A stretch of 64,000 nucleotides of DNA from Ignavibacteriota bacterium (GTDB lineage Bacteria > Bacteroidota > Ignavibacteria > UBA10030 > UBA6906). Position 1 is the stretch's first letter. Every line of letters begins with the position of its first letter. The stretch is taken from contig CAWDEM010000004.1 in the NCBI GenBank assembly GCA_963801355.1, forward strand, positions 768,001 through 832,000, read 5' to 3'. Positions 56,794 to 64,000 of the stretch are shown piece after piece. Below the pieces are notes generated by a model. It did not search any database. It saw only the letters and a program-made list of their open reading frames with translations, and was not told the DNA's origin. A program made the position numbers and the translations under genes.

Positions 56794-58638
56794 ATGAAAA
56801 CCTCTGTGCTCGTGCTTCTCTTGTTCGCGCAAATCAGCACACACCTGGGTCAAAATGTGATCGTAGATCTTGGCTCCGCAAGTATGCTCACATTCTCTCA
56901 GGTCACTGGCGCAGGCTTGACAACAGTTGAGCCATCCGAAACAGGCGCGGCTCCTCCGTCGGGTCAGAAACTTCTTCCTCTGACGCTTGGCGGGACGCGC
57001 TTGATGGTCACGACAACAGCAGTCTTTCAAGGTGATGTCTCGGTCCGCCTTCAGTACGATGACGCCGGTCTCGCATCTGGGGAAGAAGCTGCCACAGCAC
57101 TCCACCGGTACGACGCCAACACCGGCCTCTGGACGGACATCACCAATTCGCGCGATGTGGGTGCGAACTACCTCTACGGCACCACGACACATTTCTCCGA
57201 TCTGGCCGTCATGACGCCGTTGGGAGTCTCCTCAGCAATGCTCGTCACGAATACGGACGACAGTGGCGCTGGAACACTCAGGCAGGCAATAACCGATGCA
57301 AACCTTCATGTCGGCGCGGATACGATCACGTTTGCCATTCCCACCAGCGATCAAGGGTACTCGCCGGTGTCAGGAGTCTGGACCATACGACCAGTTACCC
57401 CTCTTCCGGATCTTACCGATCACGGCACAACGATCGACGGGTTAAGCCAAACCGCTTTTCTTGGGGATTCCAACCCGAAAGGCCCTGAGATTCAGATTGA
57501 CGGGTCTCAGGTCGGGACTCCATCAAACGGACTGACACTACGATCAGGACTCAACCGTATAGTGGGGCTGTGTATAACCGGGTTCAGCTGGAACGGTATC
57601 CTCATTCAAGGGCCGTCTGCAGATGCAAATATCGTTGCTCGCTGCTACCTCGGGGTGAGCCCTGACGCTGCAACCAAGGTGGGGAACAAGTATGCAGGCG
57701 TCTGGATACTCAATGCCTCCTTGAACGCGGTCGGTTTCTTCGATACGGCCTCGGCAAATATTCTCGGCGGGAACTCCGTGGCCGGAGTGGTGATTGCCGG
57801 CACGAACTCCCGGTTCAATGCCGTAACGGCCAATTTCATCGGGACAAACTTCTCACGTCAAGTCGATCTGGGGAATGAAAACATCGGTGTGGTCATTACT
57901 GATGGTGCCACAGACAACTCGGTTACCGGGTTCGATTTTCCTCTGAATGTTGTCATCATGTACAATGTGTCTGGAGGAATCCTGGTCAGTCAACCCGGGA
58001 CTGTCCGCAATTTCCTCGGCGCAGGTTGTATTACAAAGAATGGTTCCTGGGGAATCGCTTTGAATTCCGGGGGAAACGACTGGATGGCCCCTCCCGTCAT
58101 TACGTCCGTGTCCTCGACCGCCGTGAAGGGCACCGCTCTCGCCCGGAGCATGGTCCTCCTGTACAACGATCCGGGGAGCCAGGGAGCAGAGTACTTTGCG
58201 ACGACGTACGCTGACGCCAGTGGAAATTTCCAGTGGAACGGCAAGGCGAAGGGGCCGCATGTGACAGCCCTTGCGGTGGACACGACAGCCGGTGCAACGT
58301 ATCACAACACATCGACATTTAGTGCACCGTTCACTGTTACTGCTGTTGAGCCGCCACCAAGTGCCGGAATCCCGGAGGCAATAGTCCTCAATCAAAACTA
58401 TCCCAACCCCTTCAACCCGAGTACGACAATTCGCTACGGTCTGCCCATTCGATCACATGTGACGCTCGCCGTCTTCAACACCCTCGGCCAGCAGGTCGCC
58501 CTTCTCCAGAATGGGGAGCAGGAAGCCGGGTACCATGAGGTGAAGTTCGACGGGAACAGTTTGTCAAGCGGCGTATACTTCTATCGCATGCAAACAGAGA
58601 ACTTCGTGCAGTCGCGCAAATTGCTCTTAGTCCGTTAA
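56794..58638 (+). CDS. Secreted parallel beta-helix protein with T9SS sorting domain
   Basis: GAGG RBS and signal peptide; 'VTNTDDSGAGTLRQAI.DAN', repeated 'N.IG/GN..GV.I' units; CTD 'LNQNYPNPFNPSTTI'. Confidence 0.87.
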   Translation: MKTSVLVLLLFAQISTHLGQNVIVDLGSASMLTFSQVTGAGLTTVEPSETGAAPPSGQKLLPLTLGGTRLMVTTTAVFQGDVSVRLQYDDAGLASGEEAATALHRYDANTGLWTDITNSRDVGANYLYGTTTHFSDLAVMTPLGVSSAMLVTNTDDSGAGTLRQAITDANLHVGADTITFAIPTSDQGYSPVSGVWTIRPVTPLPDLTDHGTTIDGLSQTAFLGDSNPKGPEIQIDGSQVGTPSNGLTLRSGLNRIVGLCITGFSWNGILIQGPSADANIVARCYLGVSPDAATKVGNKYAGVWILNASLNAVGFFDTASANILGGNSVAGVVIAGTNSRFNAVTANFIGTNFSRQVDLGNENIGVVITDGATDNSVTGFDFPLNVVIMYNVSGGILVSQPGTVRNFLGAGCITKNGSWGIALNSGGNDWMAPPVITSVSSTAVKGTALARSMVLLYNDPGSQGAEYFATTYADASGNFQWNGKAKGPHVTALAVDTTAGATYHNTSTFSAPFTVTAVEPPPSAGIPEAIVLNQNYPNPFNPSTTIRYGLPIRSHVTLAVFNTLGQQVALLQNGEQEAGYHEVKFDGNSLSSGVYFYRMQTENFVQSRKLLLVR

Positions 58639-58847
58639 CGAAATCCTTGACGTTCCCTCTTGAGTTCATGTTTCAGGTGGGTCGCTTGATCATGACACGG
58701 TAGGCCGTCACTTACTCATTTGAAATGGGACGTCTGGCTTTTCGCTTAGTCTGTGAGGCTCAAGATGATACTTCCTCGCGACATCCTTCCAAAGCCTCCC
58801 GGTCAGTGAAGTATGGTTTGTGAAGGAAGGCACATGAGCGCAAGGTT

Positions 58848-61800
58848 ATGAAGAGGATGCATTTCCAATACAGGGAAGCTCTGAGGAGACCATGCTTCCC
58901 GTGCAGGAAGCTCGCCTGTGTCATCCTGGCTGCTTCGCTGACTACCCCCGTGCGTGGTCAACCGCTAGAGCCCGCATTCGAACATATCACCATAGGAGTG
59001 GCATATTCTTTCTTGCACGATTCTAACGGTTTCCTTTGGATCGGGGCGCAGGAGGGCCTCGCCAGATATGATGGATACAATCTCAAGTTCTACAAGCATA
59101 TCCCATTCGATTCGACGTCATTATCGAGCAATTGGGTGACCGTTCTGAAGGAGGACAGAGACGGCAACCTGTGGGTTGGTACATGGGGGGGAGCTTTGAA
59201 CTACTTCAATCAGAGGACCGATAAGTTTACCCGTTATCTTCAGGACCCGGATAGTTCCAGCTCAATCAACTGTAGAAACATCTGCAGCATTGTTGTCAAC
59301 GATGACGGCACGTTGTGGATAGGTACGCAGGAGAGAGGATTGCTGCGCATGAGCTTTGACGGCAACGGCAATGCTGTTTACAGAAGGTGTGATCTTCGTG
59401 CCGCCAGAGAGGCCAACAACGACGAACGGGAAGTTTCTGTTTGGTGCCTACTCAAGGATAGCGAGGGCATATTATGGGTTGGCACGTTTGGAAACGGGCT
59501 CATCTGTCTTGACCCGGCCACCAACGAACGCCGACACTATGAACATGACCCCGGCAAGCCTGCCAGCTTGAGCTCCAATTCTATTAGTTGTCTTTGTGAG
59601 GATGACTCAGGGAATATCTGGATTGGAACAGGGAACGGAGCCTTGAGTATCAAAGGAAACGGATTATCCAGGTTTGATCGCAAAACGCGGAACTTCACGA
59701 CGTTCAAGCATAGTCCCTTGGACCCCACCAGCCTCTGCTCAAATTCTCCTCTCTGCCTGTTGATCGATCATGCGAATACTCTTTGGGTTGGCACTTCAGA
59801 TAACGGACTCTGTTCGATAGAATTGAAACATCTATATGGCAGTGGGAAGCCGGTATTTGCCAGACGAAAGAATGTCGGGGGTACGATGATCCACTCCGTC
59901 TATGAAGATAGACTGGACAACATCTGGGTGGGTCTGTTGGCGATGCACGTCTGCAGGTACGATGGACACCGGAATCCATTCATCTGGTATCGACATGTTC
60001 CCGGCAATCGAAACAGTCTGAGCGGTAACGCAGTTGCGTGCATCTACGTTGACCGAAAGGACAAGATTTGGTTCGGTTACAACTGGAGCGGTGTAACCAG
60101 ATTTGATCCGAGAAGTGGTGCGTACAAGCATTTCGCATGTGATCCCAAGAGTCCGACTGGTATCAGTTCTAACTGGGTCAACGCGATTTGCGAAGGCAAC
60201 GATGGTATCATGTGGCTGGGAACGTCTGATAGTGGAATAGACGTCTTCAATCCTTCCGATGACACTTTCACGCATCTGAAGGCAGATCCCGACAGGCCGT
60301 CTGGTCTGAGGTCAAACCGCGTCAGATTCCTTCTCAAATCCAGATCTGATGATATTTGGATATCCACTGTGAGTGAAGGGCTGCAATTGTATGATCAGGA
60401 AAGCAGAACCTTCACGTTCTTTGATGTTGACAGCAGCACTTCAGCAGACGAGGCAACGTCAATACTCTACGAAGACAGCAGGGGGACACTATGGATTGGT
60501 ACCATGAACAACGGAGTGTACGGCCTGACAGTCGCGGACAGAGAGATCAAGAGCGTCAAACACTATGTGCACGATCCAAGGAACAAGAACAGTCTGAGCT
60601 ACAATCACACTACGGACATTATTCAATCCAGAGTTCTTGACAACGATGCGTTATGGATTGCGACCAGCGTAGGGTTGAACAGGCTTGATCTCAAGACAGA
60701 GACGTTCACTCACTATTTCGCAAAAGACGGTCTGCCGCACGATTTTGTGCTGAAACTTCTAGAGGATAATGAAGGAAACATCTGGGCATCGACAGCTTAC
60801 AAGTTGTGTGTTTTCAGTGTCAGAACAGGGAAGTTCAGCAGTTATGGCAAGAATGACGGTCTACCCGTGACGGGTTTTGCCGGAGCCCGCCAGAATAGTG
60901 CTGTGACGCGTGATCACCAGCTCCTGTTTGGTGCGGCCTATGGAGTTCTCGGCTATCATCCGGAGGAGGTGCTCCGTAATCAGGCCATCCCCCACATATT
61001 CCTGACCGACTTCAGGATCTGGCACGAGAGCGTCAAGCTGGATACGGCGATACATGTTAAGAGAGTCATAACCCTGGAGCATGATGAGAATACGTTTGGC
61101 TTTGACTTCAGTGACCTCAATCTGACGACCTCGAAGAGAAATCAATTCGCCTACAAACTCGAAGGACTCTATGAGGACTGGATCTACATTGGCAATGAAC
61201 ATACGGTGAGTTTCACGAATATCGACCCCGGAACATACTCGTTTCGGGTAAAGGCATCAGACAATGATTCAACCTGGAGCAAGGGAGAAGCTTCTCTCTC
61301 AATTGTCATTACGCCGCCATGGTGGAAAACGACGTGGGCTTATCTCGTGTATGTTGTCATTATCGGCACCATTCTGAGTGCCGGCTACCGTGTTCGGATG
61401 CGTCGCATGCAACTCGCCCAGCAGTTGCAGATAGAGCATCTTGAGGCAGAAAAGATGCGTGACGTGAACAGGATGAAGTCCCGCTTCTTCGCCAACATCT
61501 CACACGAGTTCCGGACTCCGCTGACCCTTGTGCTCGGACCGATTCACAAATGGCGCGAGAAGGCGCACGAAGAAGGCGAGAAGAAGGATCTCGGTGTGGC
61601 AGAGCGGAATGCCCGTCGCGTTTTGCGGCTCATCAACCAGCTGCTGGACCTTTCGAGGCTGGAAGCCGGCGGGATGAGATTGCGGGCAAGCAGGATGAAC
61701 ATCGTCCCACTTGTCAAGGGGATTGCATATTCGTTTGCGACAGTTGATGGAAGAGGAGGAGTCGGGCTGACGGTGGATGTTGAAGAGAAGGAGATCGAAG

Positions 61801-63089
61801 TGTACTGTGACGGCGAGGTGCTCGAGAGGATTCTCAACAACCTGCTCTCCAATGCGTTCAAGTTCACGCCCAAAGGGGGTTCGGTAACGTGCACGCTGAA
61901 ACGGAAGAACGTTTCCTCTCACGAGGGGACGATTGAAGTGGCTGAAATCAATGTCAGTGATACCGGCGTTGGCATACCGCGCGAGCAACTCGATAGGGTG
62001 TTCGACCGCTTCTATCAGGTCGATGCGTCGCAGACGCGTGCCCACGAAGGCTCGGGCATCGGTCTTGCCCTCGTGAAGGAACTGGTCGAGCTGCATCATG
62101 GAACGATTCACGTGCAGAGTAAAGTCGGAAAAGGGTCGATCTTCAGCATCCAGATGCGCCTGGGACGAAACCACCTGACGGACGATGAGATTGTCGAGGT
62201 ACCTGAGGGCGTTGAGATGGCGGTGCGGGAATCGGAAGCAGGCGTTGGTTGCGAGGCTGCCGAAGAACCCATGGAAGGAAGAGGGTCTGAAGGAGAGAAG
62301 AGCGGGAAACCCATCGTTCTTGTGGTCGAGGATCATGCCGACGTCCGTGCGTACATCAAAGGCCACCTTGTTCCGGCCTATCAGGTGAGAGAAGCGCGAG
62401 ACGGAGCAGAAGGCATCGAGAAGGCACAGGAAATCATCCCGGATCTCGTAATCAGCGATGTGATGATGCCGAAGAAGGATGGCTTCGAAGTGTGCAGGAT
62501 ATTGAAGTGCGATGTACGGACAAGTCATATTCCTATTGTCCTCCTCACGGCGAAGGCGGCTAGCGAGGATAAAATTGAAGGGCTTGAAATCGGCGCCGAC
62601 GATTACCTGATCAAGCCATTCGAGCCGAAGGAGCTTCTTGCGAGGGTCAAGAACCTGATTGACCAGCGGCAAAAACTGAGGGAACGGTTTGCAGCATCGG
62701 CTCCGCTGAGGCCGGGCGAAGTTGCTGTTACCTCGATGGATGATGCATTTTTGAACAAAGTCATAGTGGCAGTTGAACTGCACATGGGTGACGAGCATCT
62801 GTCCATCGAAGGACTCGGCGCCGAGGTGGGAATGAGTCGAGTGCAGCTGCATCGCAAGCTCGTTGCATTGACGAACCTATCACCGGGGGAATTCATTCGC
62901 TATTTTCGCCTCCACCGGGCAATGGAATTGCTGCAAAAGGATACAGGCACGGTCTCAGAAATCGCTTATGCCGTCGGCTTCAACGATCCGTCCTATTTCT
63001 CAAAGTGCTTCCACAAGCAGTTTGGAAAGGCGCCCTCCGAAGTCAGGAACGCCTCGATTCAAGCCGAAAACCCAGGCAAGGCACTATAG
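58848..63089 (+). CDS. Hybrid two-component system (beta-propeller sensor, Y_Y_Y, HisKA, HATPase, REC, AraC)
   Basis: Many 'D..G.LW.GT' repeats; 'YKLEG..DW', 'PPWW', 'FFANISHEFRTPL', 'NLLSNAFKFT', 'SDVMMP', 'VGFNDPSYFSKCF'. Confidence 0.95.
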   Translation: MKRMHFQYREALRRPCFPCRKLACVILAASLTTPVRGQPLEPAFEHITIGVAYSFLHDSNGFLWIGAQEGLARYDGYNLKFYKHIPFDSTSLSSNWVTVLKEDRDGNLWVGTWGGALNYFNQRTDKFTRYLQDPDSSSSINCRNICSIVVNDDGTLWIGTQERGLLRMSFDGNGNAVYRRCDLRAAREANNDEREVSVWCLLKDSEGILWVGTFGNGLICLDPATNERRHYEHDPGKPASLSSNSISCLCEDDSGNIWIGTGNGALSIKGNGLSRFDRKTRNFTTFKHSPLDPTSLCSNSPLCLLIDHANTLWVGTSDNGLCSIELKHLYGSGKPVFARRKNVGGTMIHSVYEDRLDNIWVGLLAMHVCRYDGHRNPFIWYRHVPGNRNSLSGNAVACIYVDRKDKIWFGYNWSGVTRFDPRSGAYKHFACDPKSPTGISSNWVNAICEGNDGIMWLGTSDSGIDVFNPSDDTFTHLKADPDRPSGLRSNRVRFLLKSRSDDIWISTVSEGLQLYDQESRTFTFFDVDSSTSADEATSILYEDSRGTLWIGTMNNGVYGLTVADREIKSVKHYVHDPRNKNSLSYNHTTDIIQSRVLDNDALWIATSVGLNRLDLKTETFTHYFAKDGLPHDFVLKLLEDNEGNIWASTAYKLCVFSVRTGKFSSYGKNDGLPVTGFAGARQNSAVTRDHQLLFGAAYGVLGYHPEEVLRNQAIPHIFLTDFRIWHESVKLDTAIHVKRVITLEHDENTFGFDFSDLNLTTSKRNQFAYKLEGLYEDWIYIGNEHTVSFTNIDPGTYSFRVKASDNDSTWSKGEASLSIVITPPWWKTTWAYLVYVVIIGTILSAGYRVRMRRMQLAQQLQIEHLEAEKMRDVNRMKSRFFANISHEFRTPLTLVLGPIHKWREKAHEEGEKKDLGVAERNARRVLRLINQLLDLSRLEAGGMRLRASRMNIVPLVKGIAYSFATVDGRGGVGLTVDVEEKEIEVYCDGEVLERILNNLLSNAFKFTPKGGSVTCTLKRKNVSSHEGTIEVAEINVSDTGVGIPREQLDRVFDRFYQVDASQTRAHEGSGIGLALVKELVELHHGTIHVQSKVGKGSIFSIQMRLGRNHLTDDEIVEVPEGVEMAVRESEAGVGCEAAEEPMEGRGSEGEKSGKPIVLVVEDHADVRAYIKGHLVPAYQVREARDGAEGIEKAQEIIPDLVISDVMMPKKDGFEVCRILKCDVRTSHIPIVLLTAKAASEDKIEGLEIGADDYLIKPFEPKELLARVKNLIDQRQKLRERFAASAPLRPGEVAVTSMDDAFLNKVIVAVELHMGDEHLSIEGLGAEVGMSRVQLHRKLVALTNLSPGEFIRYFRLHRAMELLQKDTGTVSEIAYAVGFNDPSYFSKCFHKQFGKAPSEVRNASIQAENPGKAL

Positions 63090-63295
63090 AACCTCTCCTG
63101 ACCGTGGCTCGACACCCAGTCTCCTCTATCCCTCGCCGGATGTAACAGAATTACCTGAGTTTGAAACAATACTACTTGGTACCCCCCCTCCTCATTGTGC
63201 TAATTTCTCCACATACCATGCAGGTAGGTAGCGGCACCCCTTGGCTTTTTCAGCCACTGGGCCGTCGGTCTGGACTCTGTTCCAGCCTCTCCGCA

Positions 63296-63338
63296 GTAGA
63301 GCTTGCCCCGAGTCCCGCCTCTGGCGGGGTCGAGGGGC
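63296..63338. repeat. REP-like palindromic element
   Basis: GTAGAGCTTGCCCCGAGT-[CCCGCC TCT GGCGGG]-GTCGAGGGGC: perfect inner hairpin in an imperfect outer one. A related AGCCTGTCGAGGGGCC occurs at about 54082-54097. Confidence 0.45.
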
Positions 63339-63483
63339 CCATCCCGACATCCTCCTGGCTGACAAGTCTTCTTGTAGATTGACCCTGTTCTGATTTGGCG
63401 GATTCCTCGAAACTGACGTCAACCGGGTGGAACGCCCCCGGACCCTGACTCCTGGAGATTCGTCTTCCTGGAGGACACCTAAT

Positions 63484-63873
63484 ATGAAAACGCTAAAGTG
63501 CTTTTTCGCCGTTGTCCGCGTGTTATGCTCCGCACCAGGAGCGCAAGCGCAGTCTCAGAGGCTCCAGGATAGCACTCTGGCCCTCCTTGGCGTGTGGACA
63601 ACGGGTCCTTGCAACGCGGTTGCCGCAGAGAGCATTTTCGTTTACATAGCCAAAGCTTCTACGCTCGAGATTCTTGACGTATCCGGCGGCGTGGCGAGCG
63701 GTGTGTACTTCTATCATCTGTCCGTCGTGCCTTTGGCACGGCGGGACCTCGTCCCGACCGATGCTCGGGACGGGCAGGCGGGAGACCTTGTTAAGACGAT
63801 GAAACTCATTGTGATGAGACCAGCCGAGGGATCTTTTGCAGCATGTGTTCATCCAGCAGCGAGGCGACAATGA
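63484..63873 (+). pseudogene. Remnant of a T9SS-secreted LVIVD-type propeller protein (N-terminus fused to the last strands of the CTD)
   Basis: GGAG RBS and degenerate signal; 'LLG.W..GPC.AV..YIA...LEILDVS' joined directly to 'ASGVYFYHL...VKTMKLIVMR'; the 'QNYPNPFNP' half is absent. Confidence 0.6.
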
Positions 63874-64000
63874 AAACAAACCGGGGTCTGCATGTTGCAA
63901 CGGCCACACTCATGCTTGTCCTGCTTGGAACCTCGTCTCTTTGGACACAGAATGAAAGTGAAATCCCTGGGAGCAGCATAGAACCAACGATATCGCCGGC
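63870..64000 (+). CDS. Start of a probable exported protein (runs out of the window)
   Basis: GAGG RBS and ATGA overlap; 'MKTNRGLHVATATLMLVLLGTSSLW' is signal-like. Confidence 0.45.
   Translation, partial: MKTNRGLHVATATLMLVLLGTSSLWTQNESEIPGSSIEPTISP

Overview
64 kb of GC-rich bacterial chromosome, probably Ignavibacteriota or a basal Bacteroidota/FCB lineage. This is inferred from four intact proteins ending in 'QN(Y/F)PNPFNP'-type T9SS sorting domains and a hybrid two-component system. From left to right the window holds: the 3' part of prfC; an eight-gene putative condensed-phosphate operon (two CYTH-like proteins, a DASS transporter, an OprO/P porin, lamin-tail and YjiK-like proteins); a three-gene unit of a secreted six-Cys peptide, a beta-propeller and a MauE-thioredoxin fusion; a heparinase II/III-like lyase; assorted stress and transport genes; a carbohydrate locus with GH106, a glycyl radical enzyme with an atypical 'SGCHW' Cys loop, its activase, two URO-D-fold proteins and three kinds of sugar transporter; an internally deleted GH9; a GH3; a glycosyltransferase trio; an orphan phage-type replication initiator with internal 33-bp repeats; and an HTCS. 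Three genes are broken by single-base homopolymer frameshifts, probably sequencing artefacts. No rRNA, tRNA, CRISPR array, integrase or transposase was seen. The best candidates for undescribed biology are the glycyl-radical/URO-D sugar locus and the disulfide-hairpin peptide system. All family calls come from motif recognition, not database searches.
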